This document shows positions 11,619 to 21,293 of a DNA stretch of 64,000 nt, one piece after another. Where the stretch lies: assembly GCA_003282175.1 (NCBI GenBank), contig QBZX01000006.1, positions 11,756-75,755 of the forward strand, in the 5' to 3' direction. Made by a program: the position numbers and the translations under genes. This stretch comes from Pelagibacteraceae bacterium AG-337-G06. Its GTDB lineage: Bacteria; Pseudomonadota; Alphaproteobacteria; Pelagibacterales; AG-422-B15. Numbering within the stretch: the stretch's first letter is position 1; the number at the start of each line of letters is the position of its first letter. The notes under the pieces are model-generated. The model was not told the origin of the DNA and did no database searches. It saw only the letters and a list, made by a program, of their open reading frames with translations.

Positions 11619-12449
11619 TTATATGAGTTTTATTTTGACTGATTTTATTTTCATTGGGTCAGCATCATTGATTTCAAAGGTTACTCCTGAACTATGTTTA
11701 ATAATTTCCCCTCTTTGGGGAACTCTCCCAGCTATTGAAAAAATTAAACCACCTAAAGTATCAATATCATCACTATTTTCACTCGATAAGAAATTTATAT
11801 TTGTTATTTTCTGAAGTTCATCTATTTCAACTCTTGCACTTGCTTCAATTGTATTTGTGGAAGTTTTAATTAACATTGGCAAATTCTTTTCGTCATGTTC
11901 ATCTTCAATTTCTCCAATTACTTCTTCTATTACATCCTCAATTGTGACTAAACCGTCAGTACAACCATACTCGTCAATTACTATTCCCATATGTAGTCGT
12001 GTGATTTGCATTTTTAACAGAAGATCTAAAGCTGGCATTGAGGGAGGAATTTCCAAAACATCCCTTTTAATCAAATCCAAAAATTTATCTTTTTTTCGAC
12101 CCTCATTTTGATATTTAACTAAGTCTTTTATATGTATCATCCCAATAATATTATCTAAATTTTTTTCATATACTGGAACTCTGGAATGCGACTCTTTAAT
12201 AAATATTTCTAATACTTTTTCAAAACTATCATTAACCTCAACTGCTCCAATGTCGGCTCTTGGAATCATAATGTCTATTGTTCGTATTTCGTCAATTTTG
12301 AGTATATTTAAAAGCATCAGTCTCTCTTGTCTTGAAATGCTTTCGGTACCTTTTTGAGAGGACTCTAAAACTGTTTCAATACTTTCCTTGAGAGATTCAC
12401 TGTTGATATTTTTAGTTGGAAATATTTTATTTATTAAGTCTTTAAACAT
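11619..12449 (-). CDS. corC: CBS-pair / CorC_HlyC domain protein (CorC/TlyC family Mg/Co efflux-associated)
   Basis: 276 aa with a CBS pair and a C-terminal transporter-associated domain. Conserved phoH-ybeY-corC-lnt order. Confidence 0.85.
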   Translation of the reverse strand: MFKDLINKIFPTKNINSESLKESIETVLESSQKGTESISRQERLMLLNILKIDEIRTIDIMIPRADIGAVEVNDSFEKVLEIFIKESHSRVPVYEKNLDNIIGMIHIKDLVKYQNEGRKKDKFLDLIKRDVLEIPPSMPALDLLLKMQITRLHMGIVIDEYGCTDGLVTIEDVIEEVIGEIEDEHDEKNLPMLIKTSTNTIEASARVEIDELQKITNINFLSSENSDDIDTLGGLIFSIAGRVPQRGEIIKHSSGVTFEINDADPMKIKSVKIKLI

Positions 12450-12451
12450 AT

Positions 12452-12901
12452 TTATTTATAAATTTCTTTTAGTATTTTTTTTTCAATTGTATTCATTTTG
12501 TTAAATTGGCTATCAGTATCATGTTTATATCCTAACAAGTGAAGTACACCATGTATGGTCATTTTTGACAAATATTCATACTTTTTTATATTTTGCTCAG
12601 AAGATTCATCAATAATTTTTTCATATGCAATAACAACATCTCCCAAATAATTTTTATTTTCAATCTGCTCATGCATTGGAAATGATAAGACATTCGTAGG
12701 TTTATTTTTATTTCTGTATCTTTGATTTAAAAGTTTGATTTCACTATTCGATGTAAGAAGAAAACTAATGGACATTTCATTATTTGAAGAAAATTTTACT
12801 TTTTTAAATATCTGACTAACAGAATTAGATATACATTTTTTGTATGAAGGAAAATTCTTGTTCCATTCTAAGCTTTCTATTTTATAACTAATATCCACCA
12901 T
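12452..12901 (-). CDS. ybeY: rRNA maturation endoribonuclease YbeY
   Basis: HGVLHLLGYKH zinc-binding motif. 149 aa. Confidence 0.93.
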   Translation of the reverse strand: MVDISYKIESLEWNKNFPSYKKCISNSVSQIFKKVKFSSNNEMSISFLLTSNSEIKLLNQRYRNKNKPTNVLSFPMHEQIENKNYLGDVVIAYEKIIDESSEQNIKKYEYLSKMTIHGVLHLLGYKHDTDSQFNKMNTIEKKILKEIYK

Positions 12902-12906
12902 TAATG

Positions 12907-13953
12907 TTAAGATGATTTGTCAAAAAGATCTTTTATTTGGTCATCATATGAATCATATGCGTTTATGATTTTTGTGACCATTTCATCTCTAACAATGTCT
13001 TTAGAGCCTAGCTCAACGACTTCAATATTATCAATTTTATCTAAAATTTTAACTGATTTTAATAATCCTGAATCACTTTTTCTATTAAGGTCTATTTGAG
13101 ATGGGTCACCTGTAACAACCATTCTAGAATTTTTACCGCACCTGGTTAAGAACATTTTGATTTGAGTATGTGTTGCATTCTGGGCTTCATCTAAGATAAC
13201 AAATGAATTATTTAATGTCCTACCTCTCATAAAAGCTAAAGGAGCAATTTCTATTTCAGCGGACTCAATCTTTCTTATTGCTATATCCGACGGCATAAGA
13301 TCATAAAGACTGTCATATAAAGGTCTAAGGTAAGGGTCTACCTTTTCTTTTAAATCACCAGGTAAGAAACCAAGTTTTTCTCCTGCTTCTACTGCTGGTC
13401 TAGATAGAATTATTCTATCAAACTTATTATCTAATAATTGAGAAACTGCTGCTGCAACTGCTAAGAATGTTTTACCCGTTCCAGCTGGACCAACCGCAAA
13501 GATAATTTTCTTTTTTTGAAGAATATCTAAATAATGGTTTTGCATTTTACTTTTACCAATGACATCAAGTTTTGCTGTCTTTGTGACTGTCAAGTTTCTT
13601 ATTTTGTCATTTTCATTTAAAGATTGCATTTTTAGATTCTCCTGCATTAAATTAATATTGCTTTCTTTTCTGTTAGATTTTAATTCCTGTTGTGTTTTTA
13701 AAATTGCATTCCGCAAAATATTCCTGTATTTTTTTTCACCTTTAATATTTAGTTGATTTCCTTTTTGAAAAACCTTAATTGGCAGCTGGTCTTCAAAAAA
13801 AATTAAATTTTCATTGTTAATTCCAAAAATCTCTACAACATCTAAGTTATCAATATTTATGATGGAGGACCCTGATGTCAGGTTCTTTTGATTTTCGGAT
13901 ATGGTTTTTATTTGTTTATTTTTCAAATTCTGCAGATAATCAATTTCTAACAA
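12907..13953 (-). CDS. phoH: PhoH-like ATPase
   Basis: GPAGTGKT Walker A motif, ILDEAQN, and GDPSQIDL. Confidence 0.92.
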   Translation of the reverse strand: MLEIDYLQNLKNKQIKTISENQKNLTSGSSIINIDNLDVVEIFGINNENLIFFEDQLPIKVFQKGNQLNIKGEKKYRNILRNAILKTQQELKSNRKESNINLMQENLKMQSLNENDKIRNLTVTKTAKLDVIGKSKMQNHYLDILQKKKIIFAVGPAGTGKTFLAVAAAVSQLLDNKFDRIILSRPAVEAGEKLGFLPGDLKEKVDPYLRPLYDSLYDLMPSDIAIRKIESAEIEIAPLAFMRGRTLNNSFVILDEAQNATHTQIKMFLTRCGKNSRMVVTGDPSQIDLNRKSDSGLLKSVKILDKIDNIEVVELGSKDIVRDEMVTKIINAYDSYDDQIKDLFDKSS

Positions 13954-15254
13954 GTACCATATAAACTCTTATGGTTGCAAGATGTAATATCAATATCTTT
14001 TTCATGGCCTGGCACTAGATCATTGGACTTAATATAAACTGATTGCATAAAGGGAGTTCTTCCAAAGAAATACTCAGGATTACTTGAGCTTTGATTCTCA
14101 ATTAGAACTTTTACGGTATTATTACAAAACTCTTTATTAAAGGAGTATTGAATTTTCTTTAATTTTTCTTGTAGAACTAAGAGTCTTTCTTTTTTCACTG
14201 AAATTGGAGTATCGTCAACTTCTGTCGATGACTTAGTTCCTGGTCTTGAACTATAAATAAATGAATAAGATTGGGTAAACTGAATATCATCAATTATTTT
14301 TAATGTATCATCGAAATCTTGGTCTGTCTCACCTGGATAACCAACAATAAAATCCGAAGATATTTCTATATCTGGTTTTGCTTTCTTTAATTTATCGATA
14401 GTTCTTCGATAAAAATCAGGGTCATATTTTCTGTTCATTTTTTTTAAAATTGATTCTGAACCAGATTGAATAGGTAAATGTAAAAAAGGCATTAGCTTAG
14501 TATTGTTTTTATGTTCCAGAACTAATTCTTCATGCATATTTATTGGATGAGATGTTGTATACCTTATTCTTTGAACGCTATCATAGTCACTAATTTCTCT
14601 AATCAAATCTGATAGTTTGGCATCATTATTATTTGATTTATCATTATATGCATTAACGTTCTGACCGAGAAATACAATCTCTCTTGCTCCTTTTTGAGAT
14701 AATAATTTTACTTCATCACTAATTGATTTTATAGATCGCGAATATTCAGGTCCTCTTGTGTACGGAACAACACAGAAAGAACAAAATTTATCACATCCTT
14801 CCTGGATTGTTACTATTGAAGACACTCCTTGCGGTCTCATTTGCTCAGACAAATAATCAAATTTTTCATTCACTATGAAGTCAGTATTAATTTGTTTGAA
14901 ATTATTTTCTAAATCATCCAGCATTTTTGGAAGAAGATGATAGCTTTGCGGCCCAAGGACAATATCGATTGATTTGCTTTTTCGAAACATTTCAAAGTTT
15001 TCAGCCTGAGCCACACATCCTACGACTGCTATTGTTTTTTTTAATCCCAGTTTATTTACTCTTCCAATATCAGAATATAATTTATGTGCTGCCTTTTCTC
15101 GAATATTACAAGTATTAAAAATTACTAAATCAGCTGATTTAGGGTCTAATTCGTTTTTTAACCCCTTACTTTCAAGCATTGAAGTTATTTTTTGACTATC
15201 ATAGATATTCATCTGGCAGCCATACGATTTTATATAAAACGATCCGTGCTGCAT
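13947..15254 (-). CDS. miaB: tRNA-i6A37 methylthiotransferase
   Basis: N-terminal YGCQMN, radical-SAM CDKFCSFCVVP, and a C-terminal TRAM-like end. Confidence 0.94.
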   Translation of the reverse strand: MQHGSFYIKSYGCQMNIYDSQKITSMLESKGLKNELDPKSADLVIFNTCNIREKAAHKLYSDIGRVNKLGLKKTIAVVGCVAQAENFEMFRKSKSIDIVLGPQSYHLLPKMLDDLENNFKQINTDFIVNEKFDYLSEQMRPQGVSSIVTIQEGCDKFCSFCVVPYTRGPEYSRSIKSISDEVKLLSQKGAREIVFLGQNVNAYNDKSNNNDAKLSDLIREISDYDSVQRIRYTTSHPINMHEELVLEHKNNTKLMPFLHLPIQSGSESILKKMNRKYDPDFYRRTIDKLKKAKPDIEISSDFIVGYPGETDQDFDDTLKIIDDIQFTQSYSFIYSSRPGTKSSTEVDDTPISVKKERLLVLQEKLKKIQYSFNKEFCNNTVKVLIENQSSSNPEYFFGRTPFMQSVYIKSNDLVPGHEKDIDITSCNHKSLYGTC

Positions 15255-15255
15255 T

Positions 15256-16032
15256 TTAGCTAATTTTGAGAGTTTGATTTATGCCCTGAAGTATCTGGTT
15301 TTCACAATAATAGGTCAAATCTTTTCTATTATTAAAGCTACTTGCATTAAGCTCATTATGAAATACTAGCTCAACTGTAACAGGCCCAGAGCTTAAAAAA
15401 TTAAACATTGCATTCACCATTGAAGTATCACCGACCCAAGAAATATGTCTTCTCAAAAAGAGCCCCATGGGTAAGTTATTTTTTCTTGAATAACATATAG
15501 AAATAGGCTGAACATGTATAAAGTTTTTATCATCAAATGCACATTCTAACATTGATGATTTAAATTGCTTAATTCCATTTCCATCAGAAGTCGTTCCTTC
15601 TGGAAAGATTATAAAATTTTCGCCCTGACTTAGTTTTTGATTAATTATATGATTGTATTCAATAATTTTGTTTTTATCAGAATTATCAATAAAAAAAGTA
15701 TTACTCAGCTTTGCTAAAAAGCCAAATATTCCCATTTTAGAAACCTCTTTTTTTGCAATAAATCTCGCATTCAGCAACGTACCTAAGCAAATAATATCAA
15801 ACCATGAAACATGGTTTGCTACATAGAGAGTTCCTTTTTTATTGCGGTTATGATTTTTCTTATCATAAGTAATTTTAATTCCGGTAATAAGTTTAATTAT
15901 TTTATAAAAATATATTGCGTAAATATTCTTAAATTTATAAGCGAATATATTTAGTATAATTTGAATCGGAATTGATAAAATTATGAAAAATGACAGAAGT
16001 AGTAATGTATAAATAAGTCTTATGATTGACAT
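15256..16032 (-). CDS. Lysophospholipid (1-acyl-sn-glycerol-3-phosphate) acyltransferase family protein
   Basis: N-terminal TM segment, then the NHVSWFD (HX4D) and FPEGTTS acyltransferase motifs. Confidence 0.8.
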   Translation of the reverse strand: MSIIRLIYTLLLLSFFIILSIPIQIILNIFAYKFKNIYAIYFYKIIKLITGIKITYDKKNHNRNKKGTLYVANHVSWFDIICLGTLLNARFIAKKEVSKMGIFGFLAKLSNTFFIDNSDKNKIIEYNHIINQKLSQGENFIIFPEGTTSDGNGIKQFKSSMLECAFDDKNFIHVQPISICYSRKNNLPMGLFLRRHISWVGDTSMVNAMFNFLSSGPVTVELVFHNELNASSFNNRKDLTYYCENQILQGINQTLKIS

Positions 16033-16452
16033 CTAATTTTTGTTTTTTTTCTTAACTCCATAAAGCTCTAGACGATGATCAACAAGTTTGAATCCAAGTT
16101 CGTTAGCAACTCTTGCCTGTATAGTTTCTATTTCATCATTTGTAAATTCGTGAATTTCACCAGTTTCTATATCAATGAGATGGTCATGATGAGCTTCTTC
16201 AATTGCTTCATAACGTGACCTGCCATCTTTGAATTCTAGTTTTTCGACAGCTCCATATTCTTCAAATAGTTTAACAGTTCTATACACTGTAGCAATACTG
16301 ATATTTTTATCTTTTTTATTCGCATTTAAGAAGATTTCATTTACATCAGGGTGTCCTTCAATGCTCATCTCGGTTATGACATCCGCTATGGTATTTCTTT
16401 GCTCGGTCATTCTTAAACCTTTTTCCCTGCACATCTTTTTTACATCTATCAT
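16033..16452 (-). CDS. fur: Fur-family metal-uptake regulator (alphaproteobacterial Fur/Mur type, lacking the CxxC zinc site)
   Basis: 139 aa with a winged-helix N-terminus and the HHDHLIDIETGE motif. The enterobacterial CxxC is replaced (LIDIETG), as I recall for rhizobial Mur. Only one Cys in the protein. Confidence 0.85.
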   Translation of the reverse strand: MIDVKKMCREKGLRMTEQRNTIADVITEMSIEGHPDVNEIFLNANKKDKNISIATVYRTVKLFEEYGAVEKLEFKDGRSRYEAIEEAHHDHLIDIETGEIHEFTNDEIETIQARVANELGFKLVDHRLELYGVKKKNKN

Positions 16453-16464
16453 AAGAAATAAAAT

Positions 16465-17091
16465 TTAATAGTTATTACTGATATAAACTGGTCTTGGATC
16501 ATTTGTAAGTTTATTTTTTTTATTGATTAACATCTTCAATTTTTTATTATTATAATCGACAAAGTGTATATTTTTACTAATTAATCTAAAATATTTTTTG
16601 TCAATAAAACTAGTTAATATATTATTATCACAAATAATACTTGTACTTTTATTAAATATTTTTTTATTTACTTCAAAATTAATTATTTTAGGTTTAGAAA
16701 TAGATAAATTTCCTTTAAAATTCTGAGAGAAAAATTGCATTTTTCTATGAAAGATTAGTATTGTTCTTAAATCAAATAATTTCTTGTCGTTAGTAATTAA
16801 ATTCAAATACTCAAATTTTGAGATTCCTCTTATGTCAGTATTATTAGTAAGTTGAATTGTTTTTGCAAAGGTTAAAGCAGATCTAATTCCAGTAAAACTA
16901 CCTGGTCCTGTAATAACAAAAATTGAGTCAAGTTTCTTTATATTTATTTTTGCTTTATTAAAAATTTTCTCTATTTCTATTACCAAAATTTCTGAAATAT
17001 TTTTATGAGACTTAATCTTTTTACTTAAAAAAAAATGCCTTCCAATTAAAGTCAATGACATATCAGTTGTGAAGTCTAAAAAAAGAAACAT
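16465..17091 (-). CDS. tsaB: tRNA t6A37 biosynthesis protein TsaB (YeaZ)
   Basis: ITGPGSFTGIRSALTFAK motif. 208 aa. Confidence 0.8.
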   Translation of the reverse strand: MFLFLDFTTDMSLTLIGRHFFLSKKIKSHKNISEILVIEIEKIFNKAKINIKKLDSIFVITGPGSFTGIRSALTFAKTIQLTNNTDIRGISKFEYLNLITNDKKLFDLRTILIFHRKMQFFSQNFKGNLSISKPKIINFEVNKKIFNKSTSIICDNNILTSFIDKKYFRLISKNIHFVDYNNKKLKMLINKKNKLTNDPRPVYISNNY

Positions 17092-17123
17092 ATAGTTGAT
17101 ATTTTAACCATATAGATTAAAAA

Positions 17124-18176
17124 ATGAATTTGATGAATAAGTTTCTGTTATTTTCTCCTAAATACCTGATTAAATTATTCCTTATAATTAGCTTTGTAAG
17201 TATTCCTAGTTTTTCCTTTGCAGAAAATGAAATGGGAGTATCAACTTTTATGTATCATAGATTTGGCGAAGATAGATATCCATCGACAAGTGTTACAAAG
17301 GAACAGTTTCAGTCGCATATAAAATATATAATTGAAAATAATATTGATGTAATAAGTTTAGAAGAAATTATTAGTAAATTAGAAAATGACGAAAAGTTTA
17401 ATGAAAAAAGTATAGCTTTTTCAGTTGATGATGCTTACTTATCTTTTTTCGAGTATGCCTGGCCAATATTTAAAAAATACAAAATACCTGTCACTCTATT
17501 TGTTTCTACCGATATTATAGATATTAATACCGCTGGGTATATGAGTTGGCCTCAAATAAAGCAATTTGTTGATGAAGGGGGCTCTATTGGTCAACATACT
17601 TCTACACACCTTCATATGCCATTAAACAGTAAGAAGTATGTGAAGGAAGACTTATTGAATTCACATAAAAGCTTTATGAAGAATATTGGTTTTGTGCCTA
17701 AGCTTTTCGCATATCCGTACGGTGAAACGAGCTTAACTATTATAGAACTTTTAAAAGAACTCAATATTAGCCACGCATTTGGTCAGCATTCTGGTGTAAT
17801 TTCAAGTTATGAAAGTCATTACTATTTACCTAGATTTTCTCTTAACGAAAATTTTGGTACATCAGACCGTTTTGAGTTTGCTGTAAATTCTTTTCCCTTA
17901 CAGATAGATAAATTTAGTCCTGCTGATATGTTCTTAAAAAACAATAAACGTCCGATAATTGAACTCACATTAATTAATAATTTAAAAAATAATAAATTAG
18001 ATTGCTATTCTAATCCTGGTGGTAATTGGAATACACAAAAAATAATCAAAATAACTCCGTATAAGTTTCAAATAAAATTAGAAGAGGATTTTTTATCTGG
18101 AAGAAGCAAACTAAACTGCACTTCAAAGATTGATGGTAATTGGCACTGGTTTGGGTATCAATTCTTAGTTAAATAA
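17124..18176 (+). CDS. Secreted polysaccharide deacetylase (NodB-homology) family protein with an uncharacterised C-terminal domain
   Basis: N-terminal signal-like segment (LIISFVSIPSFSFA), FSVDDAY, HTSTHLH and YPYGE motifs. The last ~100 aa are unassigned. Confidence 0.7.
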   Translation: MNLMNKFLLFSPKYLIKLFLIISFVSIPSFSFAENEMGVSTFMYHRFGEDRYPSTSVTKEQFQSHIKYIIENNIDVISLEEIISKLENDEKFNEKSIAFSVDDAYLSFFEYAWPIFKKYKIPVTLFVSTDIIDINTAGYMSWPQIKQFVDEGGSIGQHTSTHLHMPLNSKKYVKEDLLNSHKSFMKNIGFVPKLFAYPYGETSLTIIELLKELNISHAFGQHSGVISSYESHYYLPRFSLNENFGTSDRFEFAVNSFPLQIDKFSPADMFLKNNKRPIIELTLINNLKNNKLDCYSNPGGNWNTQKIIKITPYKFQIKLEEDFLSGRSKLNCTSKIDGNWHWFGYQFLVK

Positions 18177-19152
18177 TTTCAGTTAATTTGATTTTATTTT
18201 GGTCTTCCATTTTTAGATACTCGAAGTCTTCAAATTTGTTTGTTTTAATTATATTCTTTATTTTCTCTGAATAATCGTCTTCAATTGAATAGTTATATAA
18301 ATAATTAGAAAGTGTAACCCCATTTAAAGGAAGATTATTGTTTCTCATATTATATCTGTTTAATCTAAACTCTAAATAATGATGATTAGTATTTAAATTT
18401 TTCATGTATGATGAAACAGAGTCACTTAAGGTATTAAATGATTTAATTTTATAATTTTCACCTAGATCTCGATTTTCGGGAACAATCCCATCCTTATTTT
18501 TGTCCCATATATATTGTCCAAATAAAGCATTTCCCTCGATAGCAAAACGAGAAGTTCCCCATCCACTCTCAATAGCCGCTTGAGCGAGGGCGAGCGAAAC
18601 TGGAATTTTGTCAACTTTTTGTAATAATTTTTCAATGGAATATTCTTTTAATTTGTATTCTTTCATTTTGCTTGACAACCACTTAGCATCACTACGAGAG
18701 ATAAAGTCAATTCTATTTGCTAAATTTCTAATTTTATTATTTGTGAGTAATAGCTTTTCATTTTCTTTAATGATTATAGGCAGAGCTATTTTTATAAAAA
18801 GGGTTTTTCTTTTTTCCGATGATTTTAGTGTTTTTATATTGGATGGTAGTTTAGAAATAATGATATTTGGTACCATATTTGTTTCCAGAATCGAGTCTAA
18901 ATTAACATCTTTGCTTATATAAATTTCTTCAGTAAGCTTAGCAGCATAAAGTTTATCTAAAGTTTGATCAAAGTTTTCATATTTAAAATTATTATTTGAA
19001 TATAATACTTTCATTTGTTTGTCATAAACATTTTGACTTAAAACTAAAGAAGTTAAAATTGTGAGAACAAATAATAATGCTATTGAGTAATAAATCCTAA
19101 ATAAGATAATTAAAGAATTATTTTTAGTAACTAATAAGTTTAAGAAATTCAT
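18169..19152 (-). CDS. Membrane-anchored glucosaminidase-domain protein (Bax/FlgJ-like muramidase family)
   Basis: N-terminal TM helix and a C-terminal LALAQAAIESGWGTSRFAIEGNALFGQ motif of mannosyl-glycoprotein endo-beta-N-acetylglucosaminidase domains. Confidence 0.6.
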   Translation of the reverse strand: MNFLNLLVTKNNSLIILFRIYYSIALLFVLTILTSLVLSQNVYDKQMKVLYSNNNFKYENFDQTLDKLYAAKLTEEIYISKDVNLDSILETNMVPNIIISKLPSNIKTLKSSEKRKTLFIKIALPIIIKENEKLLLTNNKIRNLANRIDFISRSDAKWLSSKMKEYKLKEYSIEKLLQKVDKIPVSLALAQAAIESGWGTSRFAIEGNALFGQYIWDKNKDGIVPENRDLGENYKIKSFNTLSDSVSSYMKNLNTNHHYLEFRLNRYNMRNNNLPLNGVTLSNYLYNYSIEDDYSEKIKNIIKTNKFEDFEYLKMEDQNKIKLTEII

Positions 19153-19157
19153 ATCAT

Positions 19158-19718
19158 CTATATGATTTGTTCAACTTTTTTAACTTCAGGAATATGATGT
19201 TTAAGCATATTTTCGACACCATTTTTAAGAGTTAGTGTTGCGCTAGGACAACCAGCGCAACTTCCTTGAAGGGCCAATGAAACAATACCCTCATCATATT
19301 TCTTAAATTTTATATCTCCACCATCTTGCATAACAGCAGGTCTAATTTTTGATACTAAAATATTATGAATATTCTTAACAACGTCTATATCTGCATCGTC
19401 GAATTCAACTGTGTTAATTTCATCAGCCTCATTCTCGGTATCTAATATTGGAATGCCTGAGCCGATGAAGTCAGATATCTCGTGTAAGATTGTTGCTTTT
19501 AATTGATCCCATGTAAATTTGCTTTTATTTATTGAAATAAAATTTTTATTAAATAAAATTTTATCAATACCATCAATATTAAGTAACTTTTGTGCAAGCT
19601 TTGAATTTATATTTTCTTCACCAGCATTGTATTCAACTGGCTCAGAACAAATTTCATGATTATCTAAAATAAACTTCAATGAGTTTGGGTTAGGTGTTGA
19701 TTCAGTTTGTATAAACAT
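19158..19718 (-). CDS. NifU/Nfu-type Fe-S cluster scaffold protein
   Basis: Nfu N-terminal domain (FIQTESTPNPNSLKF) plus a C-terminal CxxC (GSCAGCPSA). Confidence 0.85.
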   Translation of the reverse strand: MFIQTESTPNPNSLKFILDNHEICSEPVEYNAGEENINSKLAQKLLNIDGIDKILFNKNFISINKSKFTWDQLKATILHEISDFIGSGIPILDTENEADEINTVEFDDADIDVVKNIHNILVSKIRPAVMQDGGDIKFKKYDEGIVSLALQGSCAGCPSATLTLKNGVENMLKHHIPEVKKVEQII

Positions 19719-19807
19719 AATATTAGTTCAATTTATATAATTAGATTCTATTTTTTTTAAAGAATTCATGTGATAATTTTGTAAGTATCTGAATTTAAGG
19801 ATAATTT

Positions 19808-20299
19808 TTAATTAGCTCTTGATGCCAAATCATCAATAACATCATCTTCTAAACCTTGTGGTATTACAACAATTGGAACTGGAAGTTTACCTGATTTTTG
19901 GCCAGCTAATAATGTAACCAATGGACCTGGTTGATCAGCTTCAGCAGCAGCTAAAACTAGAAACCTTATTGCATCATCAGACTCAAGTGTTTCAATAATT
20001 TTTTCGCTTGGAATGCCCTCTTTAATTATAACTTCTGGAACTATGTCTACGAGATCATGAATAACTTTAGACCATTTTTGTAATTTTTCTTGAGCTTTAT
20101 CAGTTGCCTCCTGGCGAATAATCTCTTCAACAGACTGCCATTGTTGAGGGTCAAATTGTTCAATGATATTTAATAGAATAATACCTCCCCTTGTATTTTT
20201 AGCTCTTTGTGCAGCAAATCTAATAGCAACACTTAACTCAATGGAATCATCTACTATAACTAAAAATTTTGATCTATGTCTCATTTCTAACAAATCCAA
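19808..20299 (-). CDS. Universal stress protein family protein
   Basis: 163 aa with a USP-like fold signature (KFLVIVDDS...VLAAA...PVPIVVIP). Overlaps the trpS 3' end. An alternative start at Met6 (20284) is possible. Confidence 0.6.
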   Translation of the reverse strand: MDLLEMRHRSKFLVIVDDSIELSVAIRFAAQRAKNTRGGIILLNIIEQFDPQQWQSVEEIIRQEATDKAQEKLQKWSKVIHDLVDIVPEVIIKEGIPSEKIIETLESDDAIRFLVLAAAEADQPGPLVTLLAGQKSGKLPVPIVVIPQGLEDDVIDDLASRAN

Positions 20300-21293
20300 C
20301 TATATCATATACTTCTTTAATTGTAACATTCGCTTTCTCTGAAGCTTTTTCAGCTCCATTTGAAATTATTTGATTCAAATAAGCTTTATCACTCATTAAT
20401 TTATCTATTTCTTTTGATATAGGTTTAATATGTTCAATTATTACTTCAGTAAGATTATTTTTAAAATTTGAAAAGTTCTGTCCTTTATATTTCTCAATTA
20501 GTTCAGATTTATCTATACCTGAAAAACCTGAAAATATATTTAATAAGTTATTAACTTCAAGTAATTTTGATACATCCTTATTGTTGTCTGGCATAGGTGT
20601 GTCAGCTGTTTTAGCCTTTTTTATTTTTTTTTCTATCTGATCTGTACTATCAGTTAAACTGATTCTTGAATAATCTGATGGATCAGACTTACTCATTTTT
20701 TGTTCTCCATTTTTGAGAGACATTATTCTGGAGATATTTTTGTCTATTATTGGTTCAGGAACTGGAAAAAATCCATCACATTCATAGTCACGATTAAATT
20801 TTTGAGCTATGTCTCTTGTTAGTTCTAAGTGCTGCTTTTGATCATCCCCAACTGGAACATGGGTCGCTTTGTAAAGTAATATATCAGCAGCCATTAAATT
20901 AGGATATATAAAAAGTCCTGAGCTAGCATTCTCTTTATCTTTGCCCGCCTTATCTTTAAATTGCGTCATTCTGTTGAGCCAGCCCATTCTTGTGATGCAA
21001 TTAAATATCCAAGCCAGTTCTGAATGAGATGAAACATTACTCTGATTAAAAATTGTACTTTTGATAGGATCAATTCCTGAGGCCAAATAAGTTGCTACTA
21101 CTTCGTAAGTGTTATTTTTAAGAAGCTTTGGATCTTGTTTTACTGTAATCGCATGAAGATCAACTACACAAAAAAAACAATCATATTCAGTCTGCATTGA
21201 TACAAAATTTTTTATTGCGCCTAGATAATTACCAATATGTAAGCCTCCAGTTGGTTGAACTCCGGAGAGTACTGTTTTGTTTATATTTTTCAT
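20274..21293 (-). CDS. trpS: Tryptophan--tRNA ligase
   Basis: HIGNYLG (HIGH) and KMSKS motifs. 339 aa. Confidence 0.96.
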   Translation of the reverse strand: MKNINKTVLSGVQPTGGLHIGNYLGAIKNFVSMQTEYDCFFCVVDLHAITVKQDPKLLKNNTYEVVATYLASGIDPIKSTIFNQSNVSSHSELAWIFNCITRMGWLNRMTQFKDKAGKDKENASSGLFIYPNLMAADILLYKATHVPVGDDQKQHLELTRDIAQKFNRDYECDGFFPVPEPIIDKNISRIMSLKNGEQKMSKSDPSDYSRISLTDSTDQIEKKIKKAKTADTPMPDNNKDVSKLLEVNNLLNIFSGFSGIDKSELIEKYKGQNFSNFKNNLTEVIIEHIKPISKEIDKLMSDKAYLNQIISNGAEKASEKANVTIKEVYDIVGFVRNET

